Assembly (NCBI GenBank): GCA_963782525.1
Contig: CAWAKC010000010.1
Span: 32,001 to 96,000, forward strand
Direction of reading: 5' to 3'
Length of the DNA: 64,000 nt
Source of the DNA: Candidatus Bathyarchaeota archaeon
Lineage (GTDB): Archaea > Thermoproteota > Bathyarchaeia > Bathyarchaeales > Bathycorpusculaceae
Below are positions 1-9,933 of this stretch, piece after piece. Within the stretch, counting starts at the first letter, position 1. Each line of letters begins with the position of its first letter. The notes under the pieces were generated by a model, which was given only the letters and a program-made list of their open reading frames with translations, had not been told where the DNA came from and did no database searches. The position numbers were made by a program, and so were the translations under genes.

Positions 1-4
1 GCTT

Positions 5-1834
5 GTGTTATTGATGCCGCCTATCCTGCTATCTGTTTGCTTGGTTGTTGCTGATGCTCAAACAATCCCTGGAATCCATATTAAACCTGATGGGTCCATC
101 GAAGGAACCAACGCTATCGTATGCAATGGGACTGCGTATTCTTTCACATCTAATCTTACTGGTCCACTTGTTGTGGAAAAGGACAATATAGTCATTGATG
201 GTGCAGGCCATACTTTAACAGGTAGCCATGCCAGAGGTATAGTTTTGGCTGAACGCCACGGTGTAACCTTGAGGAATGCTCGAGTGACACTTGATGGCGG
301 ATACATTATAGACGTCGGCAACTCTTCAAGCTGCACAGTGGCAGATAACACACTTGTTGGGACGCCACCAGCATGGGACAAATGTGGGCCTATAGTCATT
401 AACTTGCTTCTCTCCCAAAGTGCCACGATAACCAACAATTCCATCACTAGATTTTTCTACGCTATCGCCGTTGAGTCATCAACAGGAGCAACAATAACCG
501 GCAACACACTAACCAATGGAGTCATCGGTATTGAATTACAGAACTCAGAAGACTGCAAATTTAAAGACAATACTTTGACCGACTGTAAATTTAGCATAAA
601 CAGTTTTCCATCATACAAATTTGCCAATGATTTAGACACTTCAAACACGGTAGATGGAAAACCAATCTATTACTGGGTTGGAACTGAGGACAAAACGGTT
701 CCTTCTGATGCAAGCTACATAGTGCTCATAGATTGCGCAAACATCCTTGTTGAAAATAGTAGTCCAAATGGAATTTGCTTGGCAAGGGCTTCAAACAGCA
801 CTGTACGCAACATCCGAATGGTTGACCACGGAGAAGACGGTATTAATCTTCTAAACTGTTCAACAATAAACATTCTCGACTGTACCCTTCGGAATCAAGC
901 AATTGCTCTACAAATTGAAAGTTCTTCAAACAATCTGATTAAAGGCAATGATATTTCGGGCGCGATGACTCGCGGAATAAACCTCAACAACGCGCCAAAC
1001 AATGAAATTTTGCAAAACCATTTTTTTAACAACAGTTATGGTATTGGGTTTTCAGAAGGCTCCTCTAATGGTTGCCTAATTGCTCATAACAATTTCACTT
1101 CGAATGGTTATGCACTTTCCATAGAGGCAAAAGACCAGATTATCGATAACTTATTTGCCGACAACGATCGCGGAGTTATGCTTTGCTATGCATCCGATGG
1201 CAACATTACCGGCAACACATTTATCGAAAACAAAGTCGCCTTAACGGCAGTGTGTTCCTCCAACAATATTATCTACTGCAATAACTTTTTCCGCAACGAC
1301 CACCAGATAGGCGACGGCGGCGTACCCAGCACCACCGCTACCCCAACACCCGAGCCAACACCAACACCCTCTTCAACCACAACCGATCGATCACCAACCA
1401 TGTCCCCTCTGCAAGGCGTGAATTTCCTGCCCCCCCCGCCACCATCCCACAACCAATTCGATAACGGCAGCGTAGGCAACTACTGGATAGATTACAGTGG
1501 CTCAGACCCAAACCATGACGGCATCGGGGACACCACTTATTTTCTATACAACGGCGCTGGCATCAACCAAGACAACTTTCCACTTATGAATTCACTACCA
1601 GTCGCCCAAGTGCCCAACGCACCCCACGACCTCTTACATGCACAGGCAACTACCGAAACATCGCAGTCAACGACGCCAGCAAGTACAGACCAATCAGATA
1701 GGTCGCAGCTTTCAGACCAAGCAGTTGTGTTTGGAGTGCCTCTTCTATTTATCGCTATAACTGTTGCCGCTTTGGTTTTAGGTATTGCCAGCTTGCTATT
1801 GTATCGCTGGAAAAACAAGCGAAAATCTGTCTGA
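5..1834 (+). CDS. NosD/CASH-type right-handed beta-helix surface protein with C-terminal membrane anchor
   Basis: Asn/Ile-rich parallel beta-helix repeats, GNYW..Y.G.D...DGIGD NosD-type tail, Pro/Thr linker, C-terminal TM plus basic tail; the true start may lie before the window edge. Confidence 0.85.
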   Translation: MLLMPPILLSVCLVVADAQTIPGIHIKPDGSIEGTNAIVCNGTAYSFTSNLTGPLVVEKDNIVIDGAGHTLTGSHARGIVLAERHGVTLRNARVTLDGGYIIDVGNSSSCTVADNTLVGTPPAWDKCGPIVINLLLSQSATITNNSITRFFYAIAVESSTGATITGNTLTNGVIGIELQNSEDCKFKDNTLTDCKFSINSFPSYKFANDLDTSNTVDGKPIYYWVGTEDKTVPSDASYIVLIDCANILVENSSPNGICLARASNSTVRNIRMVDHGEDGINLLNCSTINILDCTLRNQAIALQIESSSNNLIKGNDISGAMTRGINLNNAPNNEILQNHFFNNSYGIGFSEGSSNGCLIAHNNFTSNGYALSIEAKDQIIDNLFADNDRGVMLCYASDGNITGNTFIENKVALTAVCSSNNIIYCNNFFRNDHQIGDGGVPSTTATPTPEPTPTPSSTTTDRSPTMSPLQGVNFLPPPPPSHNQFDNGSVGNYWIDYSGSDPNHDGIGDTTYFLYNGAGINQDNFPLMNSLPVAQVPNAPHDLLHAQATTETSQSTTPASTDQSDRSQLSDQAVVFGVPLLFIAITVAALVLGIASLLLYRWKNKRKSV

Positions 1835-2389
1835 TTCTTTGGGTATTTTGTTTTCGAGACTTTCCTATCATGGACAATTTGGCTTCGCTTCTGTGATTAA
1901 GAGAGAAGACCTTTGGTTCCAAGGCTGTTGCGCCACTTTTTCAGAATGTCGTTTGAATGCTTTTGAGCGTTTTCTGCTATTGTTTGGTGGTTCTTTATTT
2001 TACAGTTGCTGGAGGTGATTGATTTTGCAAACGTCTTGAAAACATGTGGGCTTTAATTGTACCCGCTGAATGCAGGCCGAAATAGCCACAGGGGTCCATC
2101 AACAAAATATAATGGACCAAAAATGCTAATAATCACCAACAAGCAGACGAGTCGGCGCATCAGTTCACCAGTTAAATGTGAGGTGTAGCAGTTATGAAGT
2201 TTTGCATAATTAGAGGTGTTGATGTTCAAACCATTTGAGTTGGACTCAAGTTACGGCTGTGGTTCTTTGGGATTTTTTAGCCTAGAGTTTTAATGTATTA
2301 GGTAGCCGCCGAGACACTGAAACGTAGTCCACTTAATAAAATGTGGTTCTCTGCAAGATTACCTGAAATCAAAGGGTAAAACCCACGAA

Positions 2390-3385
2390 TCATTGTTTCT
2401 TTTGTTGTTTTAGCCAGTTAATGATTGTATTTGTGGCTTGCTGGTCCAGTTCTGTTTCCATGGCATTATAACGTAAGCTTGCTTGTGCGGTGAGTTGTTC
2501 TCTGGGTGTTTCCTCGTGTTTTAGTACGTGGTTGGCGTTTTCTGGGTAAATGTAGGTTATGTTGGTTTTTTTGGCGGTTGCTTCTTCTAATGATTTACCG
2601 TCGGCTTGCCAGTCAACTTGGATGTCTTTTTTGCCGATAACAACCAGGATGGGCTCGTCTACTTTAGCGATAACTTGAGCTGTGTCGTAAGTCCACAGTT
2701 CTTGTGCAAACGGCAAGTTTGCAGGAGTTGATAAACTTAAGAGTAACATTCGAATTACTTCAGGAAGAGAAGCGTCAGGCACCATAGGCTTCCCAGCGGC
2801 AAAAGCCGCGACCTCTTCATCGTAATGTTTCATGATGTCTTCGCCATTGGGCAAATTCTTTACCTGCGCCACAATCTGGCTGCGACCAACCGCACCAATA
2901 GCTCTTCCAGGCGCACCCGTAAGCACCAACCCTCTAAAACGCCGACTCTTTGCCTGCAACTGATAATTTAAGGCATGAATGGCGCCCTCACTGTTGGTAA
3001 GCGCAAAAACGCAGTCTTCCCTCACATGTCCGTCGGAAACAAGAGTTTCCACTGCCCCCGACAACTCTTCTAGATGGCTTTGCATGCTGATTTTGCCAAT
3101 CAACTTAGAAATGTTCTCTTTGACGTGCGGTCCAGACGCACGCTTATCATACCTTAAAGTAACAAAACCTGAATTTGCAAACAACTCAGCTAACAATTTC
3201 CCGCTTCCATTGGTTCCCGGCAAAAGAGGCGAACACCAGTCGCGATCGGTCGGGCCGCTGCCAGCTACAAAGACAATTCCGCAACTTGGCGCTATACCTA
3301 CCGGGGTGGTTATTGTTCCGTAAACAGATATATCATCAACCTTCCAGGTAACTTCTCTGCTCGTAATTTCCAAATCTTTCATCAT
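2390..3385 (-). CDS. alpha/beta fold hydrolase
   Basis: GSGPTDRD and LRYDKR motifs, TNSEG nucleophile elbow, KDIQV acid and ANHVLK His; start trimmed to MMKDLE. Confidence 0.85.
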   Translation of the reverse strand: MMKDLEITSREVTWKVDDISVYGTITTPVGIAPSCGIVFVAGSGPTDRDWCSPLLPGTNGSGKLLAELFANSGFVTLRYDKRASGPHVKENISKLIGKISMQSHLEELSGAVETLVSDGHVREDCVFALTNSEGAIHALNYQLQAKSRRFRGLVLTGAPGRAIGAVGRSQIVAQVKNLPNGEDIMKHYDEEVAAFAAGKPMVPDASLPEVIRMLLLSLSTPANLPFAQELWTYDTAQVIAKVDEPILVVIGKKDIQVDWQADGKSLEEATAKKTNITYIYPENANHVLKHEETPREQLTAQASLRYNAMETELDQQATNTIINWLKQQKKQ

Positions 3386-3486
3386 ACTCAATTCCTCAAG
3401 TCCGCTTATGAAAAAATGTTTGGGGGAGAGATTTATGTGTATGTGGACTCTACTTCTCATAGACGCAAGACGTTGGATGAATTTCT

Positions 3487-4410
3487 GTGATCGACACCGA
3501 AAATCTCACAAAAAAATTCGGGGAACTAACAGCAGTAGACAACCTCACCTTGCATGTAGATGATGGTGAAGTTTTCGGTTTTCTGGGCCCGAATGGCGCA
3601 GGCAAAACAACAACTGTCAGAATGCTTTGTTGCCTAATCTCAAAAACCAGCGGAAACGCTACTGTGGGTGGATACCAAATAGGCAACAAGGAAGATTTAC
3701 TCAAGATACGCAAAATCATCGGATTGGTTCCTGATAATGTGGGGTTATCCGAAAATTTGACCGCTTACGATAACCTCGACTTCTACGGAAAAATATACGA
3801 TTGCTCTACCGCTCAAAGGAAAGAAAACATCCAACGGTTCCTCGATATGTTGGGGCTTTGGGATAAGAGAAACTTTTTAGCTGGGACCTTTTCCAAGGGC
3901 ATGAAACAAAAACTCGCCATAGCCCGCGCCCTTATCCATGACCCACAAGTACTTTTCATGGACGAGCCTACCGCAAATTTAGATCCTGAGGCTTCGAAAA
4001 CAGTGCGAGATTTCATTCTTCAACTAAGAAAAGAGAAGAAGACAATCTTTCTAAACACTCACAACCTTGACGAGGCACAAAGAATCTGCGACAGGGTAGC
4101 AATAATTAATACGAGCCTTAGGGCAATCGGGACTCCGCAAGACCTTGAAAGTTCCGTTAGCGGCAAAAAGACAGTTATCGGATTAGAACAGCAAATCAAC
4201 GATGCCGTTTTGGGAGCACTGAAAAAACTGCCACTCAAAAACCTGTCCACCGGCGGCGACACGATAACATTTAACGTGGAAAACCCAGACAAGGAAAATT
4301 CGCCTGTTGTAGAGGCTATAGTACTGGCTGGCGGTCATGTCAAGTCAATCAATGTAGTGGGCTCAACTTTAGAAGATACCTATCTAAAACTTGTGAGGAA
4401 ACAAACATGA
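3487..4410 (+). CDS. ABC-2 type transporter ATP-binding protein
   Basis: Walker A GPNGAGKTT, FSKGMKQ signature, FMDEPT Walker B. Confidence 0.95.
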   Translation: MIDTENLTKKFGELTAVDNLTLHVDDGEVFGFLGPNGAGKTTTVRMLCCLISKTSGNATVGGYQIGNKEDLLKIRKIIGLVPDNVGLSENLTAYDNLDFYGKIYDCSTAQRKENIQRFLDMLGLWDKRNFLAGTFSKGMKQKLAIARALIHDPQVLFMDEPTANLDPEASKTVRDFILQLRKEKKTIFLNTHNLDEAQRICDRVAIINTSLRAIGTPQDLESSVSGKKTVIGLEQQINDAVLGALKKLPLKNLSTGGDTITFNVENPDKENSPVVEAIVLAGGHVKSINVVGSTLEDTYLKLVRKQT

Positions 4411-5150
4411 GACTCTCAAAGGCCTGGATTGTAGCAGCTAGGGACTTCAAAATATTTAGGCGAGTAAAAAACGTCTGGTCCTCAATTATTATTTTCCCAG
4501 TTGTTATCTCGGTTCTGTTTCCGGTGATACTGGAGTATTTAGCATTAAGGGGGAGCCCCGGACTTGCAGCGCCGAGTGTGCTTCCAAATTTGCTTAACTC
4601 CTTTTCTTTCTTTTTAGTTATAGGAGCAGCATACGTTCCCTTAGGGATTGCCTCCTACAGTATAGTGGGGGAGAAAGTGGAGAAGAGTCTAGAACCGCTT
4701 CTAGCAACGCCCCTTACTGATGGAGAAATATTGCTTGGAAAAGCCATTTCGGCAGTTATTCCAACTTTAGTAGCAATGTATGCGGCTGCAGTAGTCTTCA
4801 TGGTGGGCATTGATGAGGTTACTTTCAGTACGCTTGGCTACTATTATTTTCCAAACTGGAACATCGTCACTTTGCTGTTAGTTCTGATGCCAGTCGCCAT
4901 TGTTATGAGTGTTCTGTACAGTGTGATTGTTTCATCAAAAGTTAATGATGTGCGCAGCGCTAACAGTTTTGGAATTTTTATTCTCTTTCCACTCCTTGGC
5001 ATATACCTTGCCAGTGAGACAAGCATAATAACTCTTGACGTAAACAGTCTGCTTATAATTTCAGGTATACTTTTAGTGGTTGATGTGGCGCTGTTCTTTG
5101 TGAGCACAAAAACTTTTCGAAGGGAGGAAATACTAACAAAATGGAAGTAG
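4407..5150 (+). CDS. ABC-2 type transporter permease
   Basis: About 6 TM helices, GEKVEKSLEPLLATP motif, ATGA overlap with the ATPase gene. Confidence 0.9.
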   Translation: MRLSKAWIVAARDFKIFRRVKNVWSSIIIFPVVISVLFPVILEYLALRGSPGLAAPSVLPNLLNSFSFFLVIGAAYVPLGIASYSIVGEKVEKSLEPLLATPLTDGEILLGKAISAVIPTLVAMYAAAVVFMVGIDEVTFSTLGYYYFPNWNIVTLLLVLMPVAIVMSVLYSVIVSSKVNDVRSANSFGIFILFPLLGIYLASETSIITLDVNSLLIISGILLVVDVALFFVSTKTFRREEILTKWK

Positions 5151-5178
5151 CAAAGTTAGAGGAGAGAGGTTCAAAAAA

Positions 5179-5430
5179 ATGACAAAAGCTAAGTTTGAAA
5201 TAGGTGAGACTGGAAAACATACCATTATTGTTAATGCGAGTGCGCTTCTAAAATACATCAAGATAGAAGTGGATGGCGAAAAAGTCGTTAATGAAGCAAA
5301 TTTTCAGCCGTTGGCAACGAAGTTCCAGTTGGACGTGGGAAATTCCGAAAAGCATCATTTGGAAATTAGCGCTGGACCGTTCTCGCCTATCCTACTATTC
5401 GTGGATGGAAAAGAAGCTCAAAAAACCTGA
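5179..5430 (+). CDS. small hypothetical beta-rich protein
   Basis: 83 aa ORF with GAGG SD, co-oriented with the ABC operon. Confidence 0.75.
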   Translation: MTKAKFEIGETGKHTIIVNASALLKYIKIEVDGEKVVNEANFQPLATKFQLDVGNSEKHHLEISAGPFSPILLFVDGKEAQKT

Positions 5431-5538
5431 AGGTGCATCGCCAGCGCGAACGGTTAGTAAACTAAACAGCTTCTCCTCCACACAATATCGGGACAGGGCA
5501 GCACGCTAAGTGGAAATATCTAAACTTAGATACTAAAA

Positions 5539-5667
5539 ATGGAGGTGAGAGTAACGAGTGAAGTAACAATTGTGATAATTATCGTTGTAACCATTGCTCT
5601 TATGGTAATAGGTTATTTTCTTATAGGACCACCTGGTAACCGCAGATGGAATAAGAGAAAAAATTAA
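5539..5667 (+). CDS. small single-TM protein (42 aa, not in ORF track)
   Basis: MEVRVTSEVTIVIIIVVTIALMVIGYFLIGPPGNRRWNKRKN: hydrophobic helix plus basic tail. Confidence 0.55.
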   Translation: MEVRVTSEVTIVIIIVVTIALMVIGYFLIGPPGNRRWNKRKN

Positions 5668-6127
5668 TACTGGGCCGTTCTGGTCTACCCAAGTCACTGC
5701 AGGTGGCAAAGCTGCTCAAAAAACCTAAAGGTGTATGCGCTCGCGGGTGCAAGCACGGCTTAGTAGCGAAAAATAGTTAAACCTGCAAGAAAGAATCCGC
5801 ATGTTCTTTTTCTTTTCTACATCGTTAATCATAGATACGGCGAGCAGAGGGTAACTAACCAAAGAGGTAGTTTTTTAAGGTTGAAGCTATATCTTTTGCG
5901 CAAAAACTCTTGGCAGGGGAGCACTTGCTCGGGCTATTCTGAGTTCGTCCCTTCATCCAAAAGTTGCGGTGAGCGGTTGGAGACATTACTTCAATTGGTC
6001 AACTTTTAACCTGTGGAATGTTATTTAAGCCAACATAGTGCGTAAGGGAAAGCGCGAATCAATACTTTCTAAAGTTTTGGGCTTAGGAAAAACGCAGCCA
6101 GTCTATGGGTTCTTTTTTCGAAGGGCA

Positions 6128-6366
6128 GAAGAAGAAAATTCGTGTAATTTCCTGCGAAGTGTTGTTCTTCTTCAAAATTAACTGAAAAAAGACAGGTAGA
6201 AGAAGAAGTGTAAATTTTTTCCAGCTTTCTTCTTCTTTCAACTTGGGTTCCAGTCGAAAGAACAACAACAAAATTTTGGCGTGTTGTTGTTTTACCCACT
6301 AAAGAATACCGGGCTTACAGGTAGAAGAAGACAGTGATGTGTGCAGGTGGCTGTCTTCTTCTTTCA
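6128..6366. repeat. array of four inverted-repeat (hairpin) units with (GAA)n/(TTC)n or (AAC)n/(GTT)n arms
   Basis: Arm pairs 6128-6136/6165-6173, 6198-6207/6227-6236, 6261-6270/6282-6291, 6323-6334/6351-6362. Confidence 0.75.
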
Positions 6367-6477
6367 GTCATAAAACTCTAAAAACCCTATTCGTACTTTA
6401 GGATTTTGTTTTTCTGCTTAAAATTAAAGGGTTTTAAAGGAAGAGTGATTTGGCGAAAACTTCAAAGAATATTGGAT

Positions 6478-8310
6478 TTATCCACGTTTCATTCTTCTAT
6501 ATGCTATTAAAGTCAAAGCTGCAACGGCAACTGCAATTATAGCCCCGATGATAGTCGGAAATGTGGTTGAAGATGAGGTGCCATTTGTAAATTCAATGGT
6601 TAAATCACCATAGAAGGAATTGTTGAAATGATTTGTGCTCCATACATAGTAGTTGTCGACGTCTTGTGTGTAACTTTGATTTTGCACTTTTTGGTTGCCA
6701 ATGTAGACGGTCGGCGTGGGCCCGTAGGTTACTGCGTTTTTGGGGATAGTGACGTTTATGAAAGCGTTAGCGCCGGCGTCTCCCGTTACAGTAAAAGTCA
6801 GTTTTGATGTAGCCGAGGATTGGCTTGAAGTCAGGTTTGCCAAGGAGATTAACCCAAGAGATAAGTTTCCGTTAACTATAATGTCAACTTTGCCTCCGCT
6901 ATCTTTTGTTGCTTCCAAAAAAGTAGTCGAGGGAATTTGCTTTATTGTTGGGGTCGGCTCGGTTGAGTTTGGGGTGGCTTGCGGATTTGGTGCAGTTAAG
7001 AATGGAGTGAAATTAACGGCACCGAGGTTTGATTGTACTTTAGAATCTCGCATTGTTTGGTTTATTGCTTGAGCATCACTTGTTCCCCACCAGTTATTGG
7101 CTGCCTCTATGTTGCCTACAACATAGTCTATGGTGTGGTCGCCTCCGCGTTCAGGGTAGCCAAGGTACAGGTTGAAGACTTGGTTGTTGTATATGTTGTT
7201 GTTTATGATTGTTGGTTTGGCTTCGATGGCTGAGTAGTCGGATCCGTGGCTGTAAACGTCTATTCCGATGTTGCAGTTTGTTATGGTGTTGTTTTCAATT
7301 GTTGGGCTTGAACCAGCAATTTCTATTCCAAAAAATGGGTAGCCGTCAACTGTTAGCTTGTTTTGGATATAGTTTCTTTGTATCAAAGCAAAGGAACTTG
7401 TAACTGTGTTAATGCATGCTTCGCTGTAGCCAGTGAAGGAATTATCTGAAATAACGGCATTTGCGCGATAACCGATTGTGAGCCCGAAACCGCTGATTGC
7501 GGTTGCGTCACCTGCAAAGGTGTTGTTTGAGATTAGAAATGAACCGTTTTCTAAGTCGACTCCACCATCGGTGAAGGTGTTGTTATAGATTGTTGAGGAA
7601 CCGCATTGGTCTTGAAGACTGCATGTAAATACGTTATTGGTTATTGTCGCTGAGCCTGGGCCTCGAATTATAAGCAGTAGATCGAAAAAACCGCCGAAAT
7701 ATGTTGAGAACGCTTGGTTTTTGAAGATATCATAATTTAGCGTTATTGAGCTATTGCAGTTATAGTAGGTTATGCCCATTGCATCAAAAACAGTGTATTC
7801 AATTGCATTGTTTGAGCTTTCGTCTCCAAAGTTTATGGCTGCAATTTGGTCCTTGGTGGCGTCGGTGACGTTTCGGTTTGTATTAGCGAAAACAACATTG
7901 TTGATATTGGTTCCCTGCACTTTTAAGGTGCCGTTCACCTGCATGACATACCGGTAAAAGTTCACTGTCACTCCAGCCTCAATCGTTAAAGTTACACCTT
8001 TACTTACCAAAACATTTCCAGGAAGGTCGTATGGGCTGTTTGCTTTTGTCCATGTTGTATCTTGACTTATTACCTCTCCAAAACCTGACAAGCTCGATGT
8101 CGATGCATAGACGGGTAAAATTGGTAATGTTTTAACTGCAGAAGATTCAAAAAGCAAATTTGAAGAAACTACGAAAAACGATACTGAGAAAAGCATGACA
8201 ACAAGCACAATGGCAACCGGAGCAGAATAATTTTTCAGTTTAGAAGGCAAACGACTGGATGGCTGTGGACACCAACCCTTAAAACCTCCATATTGTTTGC
8301 GTAAGCCCAT
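6478..8310 (-). CDS. right-handed beta-helix (pectin lyase-like) surface protein
   Basis: DTTWTKANSPY N-terminal motif, beta-helix repeats, NNWWG motif, N- and C-terminal TM helices. Confidence 0.85.
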   Translation of the reverse strand: MGLRKQYGGFKGWCPQPSSRLPSKLKNYSAPVAIVLVVMLFSVSFFVVSSNLLFESSAVKTLPILPVYASTSSLSGFGEVISQDTTWTKANSPYDLPGNVLVSKGVTLTIEAGVTVNFYRYVMQVNGTLKVQGTNINNVVFANTNRNVTDATKDQIAAINFGDESSNNAIEYTVFDAMGITYYNCNSSITLNYDIFKNQAFSTYFGGFFDLLLIIRGPGSATITNNVFTCSLQDQCGSSTIYNNTFTDGGVDLENGSFLISNNTFAGDATAISGFGLTIGYRANAVISDNSFTGYSEACINTVTSSFALIQRNYIQNKLTVDGYPFFGIEIAGSSPTIENNTITNCNIGIDVYSHGSDYSAIEAKPTIINNNIYNNQVFNLYLGYPERGGDHTIDYVVGNIEAANNWWGTSDAQAINQTMRDSKVQSNLGAVNFTPFLTAPNPQATPNSTEPTPTIKQIPSTTFLEATKDSGGKVDIIVNGNLSLGLISLANLTSSQSSATSKLTFTVTGDAGANAFINVTIPKNAVTYGPTPTVYIGNQKVQNQSYTQDVDNYYVWSTNHFNNSFYGDLTIEFTNGTSSSTTFPTIIGAIIAVAVAALTLIAYRRMKRG

Positions 8311-8671
8311 ACTATTTACCTGTTATTTTGCCTTTGTTTTTGAATTAAATATCTCAAACTTAGACTCATTATTGCTCGCTATCTCACAGTAAGGCTTGAT
8401 AACCTTACAAAGTTAGGCAAGGTAGCTTGAAGATATAATGCTTCTCCATTTTCATCGTTTTTTAAGCAAAGTCTTGCTATTGCAGTTTTATGTCCACTTA
8501 GTAGCAAGCGATGGTTTTTAAGAAAGAAACTATAAAACGGCAATCACTTTTACTTGAAAGAAGAAAAAGCAGCGCCAAAGGCTCCTGCATAAACTTTTCA
8601 ATTCTCAGTGGTTTCCATTAGCAGCTTCATGCGGTTTTTTAATGCTCGATTAGTTTTTTGGTGTCTTCTAT

Positions 8672-8839
8672 TTATTCAAAGGTGAGTTTTAAGGTGTTTA
8701 TGTCGGTTTTGCATGTTGTAAAATTGAATTTTGCGTTTGCGGTTAGTATTGCGATTTCGTCGTTGATTCCTTCGAATATGCGTTTGGGTTCTCTTTCTTT
8801 GAAGAGGGTTTTTTCAGGCGGTTGGTTATCTTTTTTCAT
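8672..8839 (-). CDS. small hypothetical protein
   Basis: 55 aa ORF from MKKDNQ, divergent from cbiM; no motif. Confidence 0.35.
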   Translation of the reverse strand: MKKDNQPPEKTLFKEREPKRIFEGINDEIAILTANAKFNFTTCKTDINTLKLTFE

Positions 8840-8897
8840 GTTTTCACTCGTTACGTAATACTTTTTGTAGAAATGGTAACACAAAACTTATATTTGA

Positions 8898-8925
8898 GTA
8901 ATACTTTTTTAGATAAACGTGTTAC
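8898..8925. promoter_or_regulatory. putative NikR operator
   Basis: GTAATAC-N14-GTGTTAC palindrome just downstream of the TATA-like TTATAT, upstream of cbiM, in a locus encoding NikR. Confidence 0.6.
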
Positions 8926-8947
8926 TGCGATAACGCGGAGAAAAAAC

Positions 8948-9637
8948 ATGCACATCCCCGACGGCTTCCTAACAATTAGCGTGATAATACCCACGTTCTT
9001 AATAGCAATAGTCTTCTGGGCAATTTCTGTTAAAAAAATAAGGGTAACCGAACAACAAGTACCTATAATGGGCTTACTGACCGCGCTTTTTTTTGCAGCA
9101 ATGATGATGAACTACCCAATAATCGGAGGAACAACCGCCCACCTTCTAGGCGGAGCATCACTGGGTCTGATACTGGGACCATTCGCGGGATGCATCTCAG
9201 TAACCATAATACTTGTTTTACAAGCATTTCTCTTTGGTGATGGTGGACTCACAGCGCTTGGCGCTAATACTCTAAACATGGCTATAATCGCAGTATTCGT
9301 ACCCTGCATAATCTTTCTAGTTATGAACAAGGCATTCAAAATAAAAGGCACTACATCATTGTATGCGACGATTTTCATTTCTGCATTCGTAGGAGACGTG
9401 CTTGCAGCGGTTTCCGCAGGTGTCGAACTCGGCTTGTCCCAACCTGTCTTCCAGTACGGATTAAGCGTAGCGGTTCCCGCAATGGCAATCAACCATTCAA
9501 TAATCGGCGTTGCAGAAGGCATAGTAACAGTAATCCTCATCGGCACTCTACTGAAACTACGTCCTGACGTTTTAGAGAAAAGCCCCATTTTGGGAAAACT
9601 CGGCATTTTTCAAAAAAAGAAAGAAACCACGGAGTGA
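8948..9637 (+). CDS. cbiM: Ni/Co ECF transporter substrate component CbiM/NikM
   Basis: Diagnostic N-terminus MHIPDGFL, GTTAHLLG and GDGGLTALGAN motifs. Confidence 0.95.
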   Translation: MHIPDGFLTISVIIPTFLIAIVFWAISVKKIRVTEQQVPIMGLLTALFFAAMMMNYPIIGGTTAHLLGGASLGLILGPFAGCISVTIILVLQAFLFGDGGLTALGANTLNMAIIAVFVPCIIFLVMNKAFKIKGTTSLYATIFISAFVGDVLAAVSAGVELGLSQPVFQYGLSVAVPAMAINHSIIGVAEGIVTVILIGTLLKLRPDVLEKSPILGKLGIFQKKKETTE

Positions 9638-9644
9638 ATAAACA

Positions 9645-9932
9645 ATGACAAGTAAAAACCAAAAAACCGTCATAGTCGGATTGGCTGTAGCTTTAATCTT
9701 TGTCTTAGTCGGTATCTTTGCATTTTCATATTCAATGGAGACACTCGATAAGCAGGCTCAACAGCTTGGGGTTGAAGAGAAGCCCGTGTATAACCCCCCA
9801 TTCGCTGACTACAACATTCCCGGAGTAGACAATGTCTGGGGAGCACTCATCATTGGCATAACAGGAACCCTGCTATTGTTCATTGTAAGCTTAGGCATTG
9901 CCAAAATTCTACGCAAGAAAAAAGGTAATTAA
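9645..9932 (+). CDS. ECF accessory subunit (NikN/PDGLE-domain type)
   Basis: Two TM helices with PFADY loop, located between cbiM and cbiQ. Confidence 0.8.
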   Translation: MTSKNQKTVIVGLAVALIFVLVGIFAFSYSMETLDKQAQQLGVEEKPVYNPPFADYNIPGVDNVWGALIIGITGTLLLFIVSLGIAKILRKKKGN

Positions 9933-9933
9933 A

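Noticed and set aside
2053-2160. 35-aa minus-strand ORF with GGTGA SD
   Set aside because: Probably a gene remnant; too short to assign.
6069-6299. ORFs 6069-6299 and 6083-6271 (also 25844-26113)
   Set aside because: They arise from GAA/CTT/CAA low-complexity repeats and have no protein-like features.
6128-6366. CRISPR array
   Set aside because: Units are not identical direct repeats, spacing is irregular and there are no cas genes; reported as a hairpin array instead.
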